DNA of 63,798 nucleotides, counting the filler, from Octopus bimaculoides (taxonomy: Eukaryota): NCBI RefSeq assembly GCF_001194135.2. It is 4 parts of 4 records of this genome, joined end to end, with 100 filler letters (N's around TTAATTAATTAA, not from the genome) between each part and the next. Parts side by side here need not be neighbours in the genome. Positions count along the whole stretch, not along the records: positions 1 to 14,771 come from NC_068989.1; 3 more parts are not named here. One strand, 5' to 3'. Under the pieces are notes generated by a model, which was given only the letters and a program-made list of their open reading frames with translations, was not told the origin of the DNA and ran no database searches. Numbering within the stretch: position 1 is the first letter of the stretch; every line of letters starts with the position of its first letter. This document shows positions 1 through 14,771 of this stretch, in pieces. Made by a program: the position numbers and the translations under genes.

Positions 1-955
1 ATATATATATAGATATAGATATGTATGTACACACATACACATATATGCACACATCTATTTGCCTGTAAGTGAATGTATGAATGCATGTATGTATGTATGT
101 ATGTATATATGTGTATGGGTGTGTGTTTCAGCACTTATCTTTCAACGTTGTTCTTATTTCACGCTAGTTTGACGTCTTGTCATTGGCGCCTCCCTCAGCC
201 TCCTTCTCGTTACTATTGATTTGCTTATATTCTTATTGTTCTTCTTATCATCTTCCTCACTTTTCACGTGCTATCTATTGATTACCATACAATTAATTTA
301 TGTTTACCATTTTAAAGATATTTTTTTCTTGCTTCTATTAACCGAAAGATATTTTATTGAAATAAATATTACAACACACACTATGGACCGCTTCTACGCT
401 ATACATACATACATATATAGACATACATACATATGTATATATATATATATATNNNNNNNNNNNNNNNNNNNNNNNNNNNNNNNNNNNNNNNNNNNNNNNN
501 NNNNNNNNNNNNNNNNNNNNNNNNNNNNNNNNNNNNNNNNNNNNNNNNNNNNNNNNNNNNNNNNNNNNNNNNNNNNNNNNNNNNNNNNNNNNNNNNNNNN
601 NNNNNNNNNNNNNNNNNNNNNNNNNNNNNNNNNNNNNNNNNNNNNNNNNNNNNNNNNNNNNNNNNNNNNNNNNNNNNNNNNNNNNNNNNNNNNNNNNNNN
701 NNNNNNNNNNNNNNNNNNNNNNNNNNNNNNNNNNNNNNNNNNNNNNNNNNNNNNNNNNNNNNNNNNNNNNNNNNNNNNNNNNNNNNNNNNNNNNNNNNNN
801 NNNNNNNNNNNNNNNNNNNNNNNNNNNNNNNNNNNNNNNNNNNNNNNNNNNNNNNNNNNNNNNNNNNNNNNNNNNNNNNNNNNNNNNNNNNNNNNNNNNN
901 NNNNNNNNNNNNNNNNNNNNNNNNNNNNNNNNNNNNNNNNNNNNNNNNNNNNNNN

Positions 956-996
<41 letters not shown>

Positions 997-1712
997 TTAT
1001 GTGTTTCAGCCAATTATGCGTACGTGTGTGTGTGTGCGCATGTATTGAACATACGGTTTTATTTCCTATTTGGACTACAAAGATAAGAGAGCTTTTCACT
1101 TGTACGACGTCATACATATACTCACACATCCGCATACACATATGCATACACATGTACACATATAGAAGCATATCTAGATACCCTATACCAACGAAGAGTA
1201 GCGCTATGCATAAGCATATTCCTTTACATCAACGAAATTCTACAGTTTGCTAGGTAAAGGGAAGAAAACATAAATAATAACATCTTGATAGAACAAAAAA
1301 AAAAAAAGGAAAAAAGAAATGGAAAACAAACGCAAAGAGATTCAAGAAAATGGCGACCTACGTTTAGATTTCCGATAGAACGCGCGTTTGTAAAGGAGTT
1401 TATTAACTTCAAGATAACTGGTGTGACATCGTATTTATATAAGAGACTTTTCAGGTTTGGTAAAATCTGCTTTAACGGGAAATAAACAAAAATTGATAAA
1501 GTATTAATAATAAACAAGATTCGCTTTTTTCTACGTCAGCATACGTGATGAATAATAGTATCATTGGACAAGATTTGCCCATACACACACGCACATATAT
1601 ACACATATATACACAAACAAACAAATATGTACGCATGCGTATATATATCCAAGTATATATATATATCCACCCCCACATATGCAGGTATGTATGTTTGTAA
1701 TATCTGTATCTA

Positions 1713-1755
<43 letters not shown>

Positions 1756-2573
1756 CCTTTCGTGCGTGTTCTGGTGCACGCGCGTGCGAGTGTGTGATAA
1801 GTGAGCATGGAATATTTCGATTCAGCACGTGAAATTTCCCGTCATACCGAATGTTACTTTTCGATCCCCGTTATGGAGAAGCTCGGAGTCTGAATGTAAG
1901 TGCTACATTCTTGTGTCATTTGATAAATCTTAATCCTGTATTTTCAGTGATGGTGATTGTCTACTCGTTTTGTGCTCACACAGAGTCCCACGTATACACG
2001 CATGCGCACAACTGTATATATTGAGAGGATCACCATTATCAGGGCAACCACCCAGAGTGCGGTGTTTCTCTTTGCTGGTTACACCTTATTTCTTAGTTTT
2101 CGCTTAAAGTCTATTCAGCCAAATCTGTTATGCTACGATTTTTACAAGACAACCTATTGTCATATTTTGTATTCATCGATTTACTCCTCATATATGTTAA
2201 CGAGAGAGTTCTACCTTCAAATGAAATTATACGTCTTATTCTGATAAATCTCTAGAGAGCTATATTGACACGCGTGCAAATTTTAGCGCACAAAATGTCG
2301 CCTTCATAGATACAGATACCGTTGTGACATATTTAGACTGAGAGTGGAGCTGACATTTTATAATTTCCATCTGAATTTACGAGGATACAACAAAAACATT
2401 AAAAAAAAACAGAAACCGCTAAGGGTCCCGTAACGCTTCGTAATTGTTTAATTTAGTCGTTGTAAAGAGATGGAAATGTTCTTTTTTTGTCAAATATGCT
2501 GCAGCAGAACAATAAATAAATGTAATGATTGGCGGAAGTCAACAAATAGTGAAAAATGTTAAAATTCGGTATA

Positions 2574-3010
2574 GGCACAGGTGTGGCTCTGTGGTAAGGT
2601 GTTTGCTCCCCAACCACATGGTTCCGTGTTCAGTCCCACAGCATGGCATCTTAGGCAAGTATCTTCTACTGGAACCTCGGGCCGACTTAAGTCTTATGAG
2701 TGGATTTGGTAGACAGAAACTAAAAGAAGCTCGTCGTATTTCATCGTATCTATCTATCTATCTATCTACCTATCTATCTATCTATGTGTGATTTTGTATT
2801 TACGTTTTCCCCCACCACCGCTAGAAACCGGTGCTGATTTATTTACGGCCTTGTAACCTAGGGGTTAGCAAAAGAGACCGATAGAATATTTGCCATGCTA
2901 AAAAAATAGAATAAAACATGTAATGGGTCGATTCGTTCGACTTAAAATCCCTCAAGACGATGCTCCAGCATAGACGCTGTCTAACGACTTAAATATGTAA
3001 AAGATAAAAG
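2574..3010 (+). mobile_element. tRNA-derived CORE-like SINE, family A
   Basis: A box tggctctgtggtaagg, B-like ggttccgtgttcagtccc, CORE-like cttaggcaagtatctt, internal microsatellite, tail ggtgctccagcatgg-type. Same family recurs at least ten times in the window. Confidence 0.85.
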
Positions 3011-3037
3011 TTATACATACATATATAATTTGTCAGT

Positions 3038-3110
3038 GGGTAGTTTAGCTTAATGGTAAAGCACTTGGCTAGAGTCTTCAAGGGATGAGAGTTCGAGTCT
3101 CATCATAAAG
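3038..3110 (+). pseudogene. tRNA-like relic (isolated A and B boxes)
   Basis: tagcttaatggtaaagc (A box) and a 7-bp hairpin gatgaga-gttcgag-tctcatc (B box). Acceptor and anticodon stems do not close properly. Confidence 0.4.
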
Positions 3111-3228
3111 TCTCATGGCTTTTCCGTTTTGTAAGGGTGATTTACCAAGTATTTCTGCTGTTCTAACGGCGATTCCACGTTTGGAAATAAATTATCATCT
3201 TATTTGTATCATGCAATATATATATATA

Positions 3229-3603
3229 TTACTCTTTTACTTGTTTCAGTCATTTGACTGCGGCCATGCTGGAGCACCGCCTTCAGTCGAGCAAATAGGC
3301 CCCAGGACTTATTGCTTGTAAGCCTATTGCTTACCCTATCGGTCTAATTTGCCTAACCGCTAAGTTACGGGGACGTAAACACAACAAGCGATGTTGGGGG
3401 GACAAATACAGACACACAAACACACACATATACATACATGTATACGACGGGCTTCTTTCAGTTTCCGTCTATCAAATCCACTCACAAGGCTTTTGTCGGC
3501 CCGAGGCTATAGTAGAAGACACATGCCCAAGGTGCCACGCAGTTGGACTGAACCCGGAACCATGTGGTAAGCAAGCTACTTACCACACAGTCACTCCTGC
3601 GCC
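3229..3603 (-). mobile_element. SINE family A copy
   Basis: Reverse complement of the family A consensus from head to A-rich tail. Confidence 0.9.
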
Positions 3604-3615
3604 ATCTGAATTATG

Positions 3616-3646
<31 letters not shown>

Positions 3647-4294
3647 ATNNNNNNNNNNNNNNNNNNNNNNNNNNNNNNNNNNNNNNNNNNNNNNNNNNNN
3701 NNNNNNNNNNNNNNNNNNNNNNNNNNNNNNNNNNNNNNNNNNNNNNNNNNNNNNNNNNNNNNNNNNNNNNNNNNNNATACACCATCGTTAAGGGTTCTCT
3801 AAATGTTTATCTGTTATAAGATATGTAAAAGTCTAAAGTTTCATATAAAGATATCTTTGTCATAATCATAATGTAACTGTTGGTGGGAGCGGAAAAAAAA
3901 GATTGAATGCATCAAAATATGGAGACAGAATTCGATAGAAATTAGGAATTGATTGTTTTAAGGTAGAGTGAGGAGACGTGTAGCCGGTATAGAAAGGTGG
4001 GTTGGTTATGATTTACTTAGAGAAATGGTTAGACAGAGAAGGAGAGAGAGAGAGAGAGAGAGAGAGAAGGTGGAGAGTGAGAGAAAGAAAGGAAAAAGAA
4101 GAGCAAGGAAATTTTTGTGATAGGTGACGGGGAGGAGGGAATGTTAATAGAGTAAATTGAAATTAACTCAGCAATGAATTTGTCCATTGTCGGATTTGCG
4201 TTGGTAATGAAAGCTAATTGGGAGACGGTGGATAAATAAGTAAACTGTCAAAAAGTTTTAAAGCTTAAGTAGATGGAGGATTAATTCCACATAC

Positions 4295-4325
<31 letters not shown>

Positions 4326-4684
4326 TGTATGTATGTATGTATTTATGTATGTATGCATGTATGTATGTATGTATGTATGTATGTGTGTATGTATGTATGT
4401 ATGTATGTATGTATGTATGTATGTACGTATGTATGTATGTTGCGGGTAGGGATGAATGGCTGCCATCTCGAGCAGGCAGGCTTCCAGTACTGAGGACTGG
4501 TACGCACCTAGAAACTAGCCTGGTCTACTGATCTTGCCACGCTGGAGGGAAGCGGGTCGCTCCCTTTGTCGCAATATATCAGACACAGGTTGTGCGCTGT
4601 TAACCAACTGGAAAAATGGTTTTCCTGGAGTTAAAATTTAGTAACATAGTTCTACATGGAACAGCCACGCTGAAGTAGCAATAA

Positions 4685-4726
<42 letters not shown>

Positions 4727-5899
4727 NNNNNNNNNNNNNNNNNNNNNNNNNNNNNNNNNNNNNNNNNNNNNNNNNNNNNNNNNNNNNNNNNNNNNNNNNN
4801 NNNNNNNNNNNNNNNNNNNNNNNNNNNNNNNNNNNNNNNNNNNNNNNNNNNNNNNNNNNNNNNNNNNNNNNNNNNNNNNNNNNNNNNNNNNNNNNNNNNN
4901 NNNNNNNNNNNNNNNNNNNNNNNNNNNNNNNNNNNNNNNNNNNNNNNNNNNNNNNNNNNNNNNNNNNNNNNNNNNNNNNNNNNNNNNNNNNNNNNNNNNN
5001 NNNNNNNNNNNNNNNNNNNNNNNNNNNNNNNNNNNNNNNNNNNNNNNNNNNNNNNNNNNNNNNNNNNNNNNNNNNNNNNNNNNNNNNNNNNNNNNNNNNN
5101 NNNNNNNNNNNNNNNNNNNNNNNNNNNNNNNNNNNNNNNNNNNNNNNNNNNNNNNNNNNNNNNNNNNNNNNNNNNNNNNNNNNNNNNNNNNNNNNNNNNN
5201 NNNNNNNNNNNNNNNNNNNNNNNNNNNNNNNNNNNNNNNNNNNNNNNNNNNNNNNNNNNNNNNNNNNNNNNNNNNNNNNNNNNNNNNNNNNNNNNNNNNN
5301 NNNNNNNNNNNNNNNNNNNNNNNNNNNNNNNNNNNNNNNNNNNNNNNNNNNNNNNNNNNNNNNNNNNNNNNNNNNNNNNNNNNNNNNNNNNNNNNNNNNN
5401 NNNNNNNNNNNNNNNNNNNNNNNNNNNNNNNNNNNNNNNNNNNNNNNNNNTATATATATACACATATATTTACAGTCATGGAGCACAACGGACAGTTCAA
5501 ATCATTGCTATATGAATTTCAATAACGGCATCGTTTATTCAACAATGCATATTATTACATGATATTTCATAACCTCACCATTTCATCAGGCGATTTCTAG
5601 CCTATTAACGGCAAAATCAAGTAACCTGACATACACAGAAGTGTTACAAAGTTAATTACCAGATACTTTTGGCCCTAACAACACACTATACACACACACA
5701 CACATTTATATCATTGCGTACATGATGTTGAGCTCACAGTGACGCCGGAGAGAACAGAGTTTCGATGTTTTAAGTAGTCTCACTAATCAAGATCAGTCTT
5801 GCGTTTTCTTTTGAAATTGTTTACTGGTGTGCCCCGATTTTGATGGTTTATTTGGTATGGGGAGACTACATGGGGCAACAGTATTCTAGTTGTGACTGT

Positions 5900-6680
5900 A
5901 CAAAGTGAGGGTGATGACCTGAAAAATTTTGGGGCCACGGGAACTCATCTTGTTAGCCATATCGACTTTATTGTTGATGTGAGCGCTCCAGCTGAGGTTG
6001 TTTTCAACAGTCACTCCTAAGTCTTCGAAATTGCTGAATGGAAAAAGTGATTCTAAGGAAAGAAAATTGTACGGTTGATTGAGCACATTCTATTTTTAAA
6101 CTGCGTGAGTTCAAATTTTCCCTCCTTTAACAGCATATTTCTGTCTTCCCGTTGACATACAAGAAGTAGACCGGGTCAGGCGGGAATTTCTTTTAGCCTT
6201 TTCCATTGAAAGATTTCTGAAAGTTGGACTCGTCAGCGAAGATCTTTACTTTGCCGTGCTTATTGACATTTAAGATGTTTAGATAAACTATAAAGAGAAG
6301 TAGACCAACACAATTCCATACGACACATTATTGGTCACTTTTGCTGGGCTTGAGTGGATTCCGACGATCAAAGCTTGCTGGTTTCGGTTCACCAAGAGAC
6401 ACTCGATTATTGCGGCAGATTTTCACCGATTCCAGTGTTATAGAGTTTGAAAATAAGGTGTTGTGGTCGACTCTGTTGAGGGTTTTGCTGAATACCAGTG
6501 TTTGAAGCTTCCCCCAAAACTTTAAGGATATCATCAAAGTGATTAAGAAGGTGTGTTAGGCCGTCTCCGGCACAAGGAAATCCATGCTGTTAGAATTAAA
6601 GAGACTTGTTACTCACCAGGGAGAGGTTATTCTTGTTCTCATCACTCTTTCAAATAGATTGAAGATATGAGAGGTGAGTG
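5900..6680 (-). mobile_element. CR1/Jockey-like LINE reverse transcriptase fragment, decayed
   Basis: LTSHIFNLFERVMRTRI, FSKTLNRVDHNTL and EDLGVTVENNLSWSAHINNKV in disrupted frames. Confidence 0.75.
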
Positions 6681-8955
6681 AGTTTCGGTGATATATTCCT
6701 ATATATATATATATATATATATATNNNNNNNNNNNNNNNNNNNNNNNNNNNNNNNNNNNNNNNNNNNNNNNNNNNNNNNNNNNNNNNNNNNNNNNNNNNN
6801 NNNNNNNNNNNNNNNNNNNNNNNNNNNNNNNNNNNNNNNNNNNNNNNNNNNNNNNNNNNNNNNNNNNNNNNNNNNNNNNNNNNNNNNNNNNNNNNNNNNN
6901 NNNNNNNNNNNNNNNNNNNNNNNNNNNNNNNNNNNNNNNNNNNNNNNNNNNNNNNNNNNNNNNNNNNNNNNNNNNNNNNNNNNNNNNNNNNNNNNNNNNN
7001 NNNNNNNNNNNNNNNNNNNNNNNNNNNNNNNNNNNNNNNNNNNNNNNNNNNNNNNNNNNNNNNNNNNNNNNNNNNNNNNNNNNNNNNNNNNNNNNNNNNN
7101 NNNNNNNNNNNNNNNNNNNNNNNNNNNNNNNNNNNNNNNNNNNNNNNNNNNNNNNNNNNNNNNNNNNNNNNNNNNNNNNNNNNNNNNNNNNNNNNNNNNN
7201 NNNNNNNNNNNNNNNNNNNNNNNNNNNNNNNNNNNNNNNNNNNNNNNNNNNNNNNNNNNNNNNNNNNNNNNNNNNNNNNNNNNNNNNNNNNNNNNNNNNN
7301 NNNNNNNNNNNNNNNNNNNNNNNNNNNNNNNNNNNNNNNNNNNNNNNNNNNNNNNNNNNNNNNNNNNNNNNNNNNNNNNNNNNNNNNNNNNNNNNNNNNN
7401 NNNNNNNNNNNNNNNNNNNNNNNNNNNNNNNNNNNNNNNNNNNNNNNNNNNNNNNNNNNNNNNNNNNNNNNNNNNNNNNNNNNNNNNNNNNNNNNNNNNN
7501 NNNNNNNNNNNNNNNATATACATACATACATACATACCTGCACACACACATGTATATATGCTGATTCAACATATTGGAACATGCTTTCATTAGATTCGAA
7601 GAAATACCTCTCTCTCTTTCACTTTCTCTCTCTATATGTGTGTGTGTATGTGTGTGTGTGTGTGTGCGTGTACGTGCGTCGTCTATGTGTGTGAATATAT
7701 AAGTGCACATGTATGTACTTCTTAGTATCTAACGAAAGTACACTTCAACGTGTTGAATCAGCCCGAAGTGTGTGTGCTGGTAGCTTGAATCAGCTAAATG
7801 GCTGGTTACTAAAGACGACTAACATTCAGATGTATTAGAAAATGAAAATACAATATATAATTCTTTTGTATGTAGATTTGAAAACAAGCGATGGTAGGGG
7901 AAAGAATAATCCAATTATAGAATTACAGCGTCGTTAGTTAATCGATTTAAGAACTGTTCCGAGTTTATCTATCTAAGAAATGCTAATCAATTTAAAAACA
8001 GATTGTATCAACATAATTGTACATTTAGTACATTTCAAAAGAGATTAAAATCGGCTCTAATCACATATTTCGTTTGTGGTAAAAACGCTCCACATTATTT
8101 AATGGGACTTTTCCCAATCAAATGCTTTCTGTAACTTTTGTCTCATAGAACGACTGTTAATCTGAAATACGAAGCTATACAATTTTATATACACAAAGCA
8201 CTCATTTATTTATGTCCTTACTTTCGAAAATATCTCCTTAAATCTCACAAAGGCATACCAACAGCTTAATATAAAATTCGTAGAAGAAACATTACAATGG
8301 CTTTTGTATCCTCTATCCAAATAAAATTCCGTGCGTTAATTATTAATCGCATCAGCAAGACCTCCATTGCATAGCAATTTTTTCAATTTTTTCACATAAA
8401 TAAATGATGAATCGCGAGCAACGAAATTAATTGAATTATTTCTTCCAGCTAAAATACCTCGTTTAACAAAGAAGAAAGGAAATATATTTTTTTTTAAAAG
8501 AAAAACATCAGACATTAATCAGCATGAAGCGATTTCAACAGACTCACACCCACACAGAAAAGCGTGCTCACGAGCAGTGTCTGTGTTTCTTTCAAAGCGA
8601 CGCTCATCCATTAGCGACATAACCAAACATCTTGATCAGGTCTTTCCAACAGATAAACGTAGATGTCAAAAGACATGAACGCAATTATAATCAAATGGTT
8701 CAGCAATCAGGCAGATACGCAAAGATATACCTTCATATACCAATATCCGCTTTCCAGGCAAACACGTATATATGCACTTGCTCACAGACCAAACACAAAT
8801 TTCCAAATACATAGGGTGCAACCATTTATAAGACCAACAAAACGACGCGGTTTCGTTTGATTTTCCTTCAAGAAACGAGATATAACAACTGAATGATAGA
8901 ATTCGCAACACAACAGACGGACTAAGGACGAGGCTATTTTGATGAAGAGACAGAA

Positions 8956-9030
<75 letters not shown>

Positions 9031-10159
9031 TATTATTCTTTCTGACTGTTGCCATTACTTGCGTGTGTATTACATTGTTATATCATGGGAGAGGTTAAGG
9101 TGGTGAGCTGGCAGATTTGTTAAGGTGTGATTTGTTAAGGCTTAGGAAAATGTCTTCCTGCTATTTCTCTTCTGTGATCAAATCTTTCTAAGATTAATTC
9201 TTCTAAGCATCGTTCCGGTGTCGATAAAACTAAGTAGCAGTCAAGTAGTACTGAGGTCGATATAAACGACTTCCCTCCTCCCCTCAAAATTGCTGGCGTT
9301 GTGCCAAAATGTGAAAGAATATTATTGGTGCGAAGATATTCTTTCGATAACTTTCGATGTATTTGGAGAGACCCCTGATGCTTTATATATATAAAAACTC
9401 GCATTTTATGTCAAATTTCTTCTGTTCGGTAAATGTTCAAATATATTTCTCATAGATAAAAACCATAACTAAACTGATTTCTGTGTTCCTCATAAATAGT
9501 AAAATAACTTGAGTTTACCTATCGAATGGTGCATAACTTCCCATCTTATATGTTCTATTCAAGTACCATTCAGCCATTCTCCTTGTATTGCCAACATATA
9601 TANNNNNNNNNNNNNNNNNNNNNNNNNNNNNNNNNNNNNNNNNNNNNNNNNNNNNNNNNNNNNNNNNNNNNNNNNNNNNNNNNNNNNNNNNNNNNNNNNN
9701 NNNNNNNNNNNNNNNNNNNNNNNNNNNNNNNNNNNNNNNNNNNNNNNNNNNNNNNNNNNNNNNNNNNNNNNNNNNNNNNNNNNNNNNNNNNNNNNNNNNN
9801 NNNNNNNNNNNNNNNNNNNNNNNNNNNNNNNNNNNNNNNNNNNNNNNNNNNNNNNNNNNNNNNNNNNNNNNNNNNNNNNNNNNNNNNNNNNNNNNNNNNN
9901 NNNNNNNNNNNNNNNNNNNNNNNNNNNNNNNNNNNNNNNNNNNNNNNNNNNNNNNNNNNNNNNNNNNNNNNNNNNNNNNNNNNNNNNNNNNNNNNNNNNN
10001 NNNNNNNNNNNNNNNNNNNNNNNNNNNNNNNNNNNNNNNNNNNNNNNNNNNNNNNNNNNNNNNNNNNNNNNNNNNNNNNNNNNNNGAGGACATCGCATTG
10101 GAATCTAAACATTGTTATTTAAGTTCAGAGAACGTTCTAAGTGTTGCTACCTCACTCGT

Positions 10160-10251
10160 TCTTTCTTTCTTTCTCTCTTTCTTTCTTTCTCTCTTTCTTT
10201 CTTTCTCTCTTTCTTTCTTTCTCTCTTTTTCTCTTTCTTTCTTTCTTTCTC

Positions 10252-10316
<65 letters not shown>
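10160..10316 (+). repeat. (TTTC)n microsatellite
   Basis: Direct reading; source of the SFFL and KKER pseudo-ORFs. Confidence 0.95.
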
Positions 10317-11849
10317 ACATCCCTCTCTTTCCTTCATACCCCTCTCATTCATTCATTCCCTTCTCTTCCCTGCTACTATTCTTACTATCTCGTTCTTCGA
10401 ATCTCAAACCTTCCCCACGTCTTTCATTTTTACTTCATATTTTCATTGTTACATTTCTCTTCATTTCTACCTCTCTACTTTCACTTTCCCCTGTCTAATA
10501 CCATGAACGACTCGTACTCAATCAGTTATAACGTTATATCATTTTATTTCTACACTTATGTCCAAATAATTCGGCAACTGATAGATATTATAAATGTTAA
10601 ATATTACTTCATAAACGTTTAAATCGTACACTCTCACTATTTATAAGCCTCGTTTTGACCAAGAATATAATACCTATATAACACTTAGTCGATCGAGTAT
10701 AAGTCTGTGTGTGTCTATGTACGTACAATGTGATAAACTTAATGTCAGTGATTCGATTTAATGGTTAAGGATATATACATATATGAATATATGTATATAT
10801 GTGTATATGTACATATATACGTATATATATATATATNNNNNNNNNNNNNNNNNNNNNNNNNNNNNNNNNNNNNNNNNNNNNNNNNNNNNNNNNNNNNNNN
10901 NNNNNNNNNNNNNNNNNNNNNNNNNNNNNNNNNNNNNNNNNNNNNNNNNNNNNNNNNNNNNNNNNNNNNNNNNNNNNNNNNNNNNNNNNNNNNNNNNNNN
11001 NNNNNNNNNNNNNNNNNNNNNNNNNNNNNNNNNNNNNNNNNNNNNNNNNNNNNNNNNNNNNNNNNNNNNNNNNNNNNNNNNNNNNNNNNNNNNNNNNNNN
11101 NNNNNNNNNNNNNNNNNNNNNNNNNNNNNNNNNNNNNNNNNNNNNNNNNNNNNNNNNNNNNNNNNNNNNNNNNNNNNTATATATATGTACATATATATGT
11201 ATACACACATACACACACACACACACACATATATATATACACTCATATGTATGCGCGTAAGTATATGCACGTATAAATGTATGTATATACATATATACAC
11301 ACATTTACATGTGTGCGTATGTGTGTGTGTATGTGTGTGCGTCTGTGCATGTATGTGTATGTGTATGTTAGTGTGTGTGTGTACATGTGTGCGTGTGTGC
11401 GTATGTGTGTGTACGTGTATATGTGTCTGTGTGTGTGTGCTTATATGTTTATTTAACTGCGTACCGACCGAGTGTTTCTTATGATGTAACACAATTCCCT
11501 TTCGCTATATTTCCTATATTTGGCTTTATTATATTCAAACATTTGTACGCCATTTCAAACAAGCATCAAATCAATAATTCATCGTTGCAAATTTACTTAA
11601 AGTCTAGATAGTATCTACATATTTTACCATCCATTTGATGCTTCTTCTTGTGGGAATATAACCAGCAATAATAATATTCCATCAGAACGCAAACGGTTCG
11701 GCAGGGGCGTTAATCGGTTTTCGACCTCTTAATAAATCAGGTTTCTCAAATATGCTCACAGATTTCGCTGTCGATGTTTCATTCAAACATTTGAATATCT
11801 ATTAAATTTAACTTTATGTTTCTATATATTTGTGTATGTGTGTATGCAT

Positions 11850-12560
11850 TCAGGAAGTTACGTGAATCAGCGTGGGGGAGAAGAGGCATTAGGCTGGCCA
11901 CCAAGTTGAAAGTATATAAAGCAGGTGTACTGCCTACGCTACTGTACGCCTGCGAGACTTGGATGGTTTACGAACGCTACGCCAAAAAAACTAAACCTCT
12001 TCTACATTAACTGCCTGAAAAAAACTGTTGAAAATCACCTGGCAAGACAAGGTCCAAGACCGAGGTCCTCTCCCGAGCCAATCTGCCAAGCATTTCCATT
12101 TCTGCGTTGCTGAGAAGAGCGACAGTCAGGTGGGCAAGTCACCTTGTTCGAATGCCTGACGTACGACTCCCTAAGAGACCGTTTTACAATGAACTGGGCA
12201 AGCTCACCGAAGGTGGATAAAAAAGCGTTTCAAGGACACACACAAAGCTTCACTGAACAGCTTTGAAATCAACCTCGACACCTGGGAATCGTTAGCACAA
12301 GACTGATCTGCCTGGTGAAGCTGCACCAATAGAGCTGCCACCTCCTACGAACCGAACAGAATTGCAGGGACAGAAAGAAAACACGAACTACGCAAGTCCA
12401 CAGCCAAACCCTCACCTTCAGTACCAATAAAGCACCAGTACCCGAGCTGCGGTAGAGCATCCCGCTTATACACCAATCTGATTGACCGCACAGATACACC
12501 TTGCTGCATCTTCTCCCATATGATGTTCTTGATCATCGTTGACAACGATGGACGGATTAC
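11850..12560 (+). mobile_element. RTE-clade LINE 3' fragment
   Basis: RKLRESAWGRRGIRLATKLKVYKAGVLPTLLYACETW, typical of the post-RT region of RTE elements; frameshifted downstream. Confidence 0.85.
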
Positions 12561-13240
12561 TAAATATATAAATAAAATAAGTAGATAGGTAAGAGTGTTT
12601 GAAAGTATGTATGCATGTAAGTATGAATGTGCTTATCTATATAAATATTTCTTTATGAATGTATATATGGACCGGTCACCGAATAGTGTAGTCGGGTGGG
12701 TTGCTAGATACTCAACAGAACTAAAACAATGATCTGTCTAAAGGGTGGATGAACCTAGGGTAGGTTCCACAACTATCTAGTAGTAGCACGGGAACTCAGA
12801 TATTCCGGGTGAGTGGTAGGCGTGCTGGAAGACCACTGCAAGTGAAGTACACGTTAGCTTTTGTTAAAGCATATCTCTAGGAGAAGGTCAGTTGATATAT
12901 AACCAGATATGCTGGAAACCGCGTTGAGTATTATAGGAATCTTATGTTTGCTCTTGAGATGATGGCACTTTCACATTCCTGAACCTGCAAATCACATTAT
13001 CACTAAACATATTGCCTCCACTTGTCTCTGCATCATGTCAGTAAGGTGGAGAGGGTCTGTGATCTGCGGTGCAAAACTTAATGGATATAAAATTTTGCAC
13101 AGGCATTGCTGATATTTCGCGTGGGCATTTCAGCTTGTGCGCACCATGTTTAGTGATACTCTTCCTCTGTCAGCAGCTGACTGCCATCGTCATACATGTA
13201 TATACGTACATACATACATACATACATACATACGTATGTA

Positions 13241-13277
<37 letters not shown>

Positions 13278-14014
13278 NNNNNNNNNNNNNNNNNNNNNNN
13301 NNNNNNNNNNNNNNNNNNNNNNNNNNNNNNNNNNNNNNNNNNNNNNNNNNNNNNNNNNNNNNNNNNNNNNNNNNNNNNNNNNNNNNNNNNNNNNNNNNNN
13401 NNNNNNNNNNNNNNNNNNNNNNNNNNNNNNNNNNNNNNNNNNNNNNNNNNNNNNNNNNNNNNNNNNNNNNNNNNNNNNNNNNNNNNNNNNNNNNNNNNNN
13501 NNNNNNNNNNNNNNNNNNNNNNNNNNNNNNNNNNNNNNNNNNNNNNNNNNNNNNNNNNNNNNNNNNNNNNNNNNNNNNNNNNNNNNNNNNNNNNNNNNNN
13601 NNNNNNNNNNNNNNNNNNNNNNNNNNNNNNNNNNNNNNNNNNNNNNNNNNNNNNNNNNNNNNNNNNNNNNNNNNNNNNNNNNNNNNNNNNNNNNNNNNNN
13701 NNNNNNNNNNNNNNNNNNNNNNNNNNNNNNNNNNNNNNNNNNNNNNNNNNNNNNNNNNNNNNNNNNNNNNNNNNNNNNNNNNNNNNNNNNNNNNNNNNNN
13801 NNNNNNNNNNNNNNNNNNNNNNNNNNNNNNNNNNNNNNNNNNNNNTATATATACGGAAAGTGAAAGGAACCTTAACGGTTCGGCAAAACGGTGTGATAGA
13901 ATAAGTACCAGATTTACAAAGATGGGGTCGATTTCTCCGACTCAAAAGCGGTGCTCCAGCATGGCCGCAGTAAGACGACTGAAACAGATAAAAAAATATA
14001 TATACCTACACACA

Positions 14015-14116
<102 letters not shown>

Positions 14117-14545
14117 GATATAAATATATATATAAAAAGCACTGGAAAAAAATTACCGTTAGATTTTATATTATAGCAGTTCTGATACACATTCACATTT
14201 TCTATCTCCATTTCCCGCTTTCTCTTTTTCTCACATTACACATAGAGACACAAGCACACACACACACACACAAACACACGAGCCTTTAGGGTTGTTTCAG
14301 ATAGAAAAAAAAAAAACTTACGGTGATCTTTTGGTTTAACATCATATAATTGCGAAATTGAGAAAGAAACAAAACGAAAGCGAAAAATGTACAAAACTAA
14401 TCTTTATCTTCCGCGTAAGTGAAAGATATAAGTAAATGTTTAAATGTCAATTATTAAGCGTCATTATTATAGATTTCTGTTTGCATTTCTCAACAGTATG
14501 GAGTAGTTAATTTATGAAGATAGCATCTTAGAAAATAAGACAGTT

Positions 14546-14590
<45 letters not shown>

Positions 14591-14771
14591 TTTTATGTAT
14601 GCATTTCAACAAGTAAAAATAATTGCAAATTGGCAATTCATTTTAAATTCCTCTTACGTAAACTTTCAAATAATATTTTTGTTTGCATTTTGAAATGAGT
14701 TGTCAATTTACAAATTATTTGTACATGTATCGTGATATCCAGCCGGCCATCTATCTACATTTCTCTCTGTC

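Noticed and set aside
3038-3110. Functional tRNA gene
   Set aside because: Acceptor and anticodon arms do not form; kept only as a tRNA-like relic.
4281-4531. MYVC/YIHT, THTH/VCVC, YLSI and SFFL/KKER repeat ORFs throughout
   Set aside because: Translations of (TATG)n, (CA)n, (TATC)n and (TTTC)n microsatellites.
221-13945. Long ORFs made mostly of X, here and at other N gaps across the window
   Set aside because: They are open only because N runs hide stop codons.
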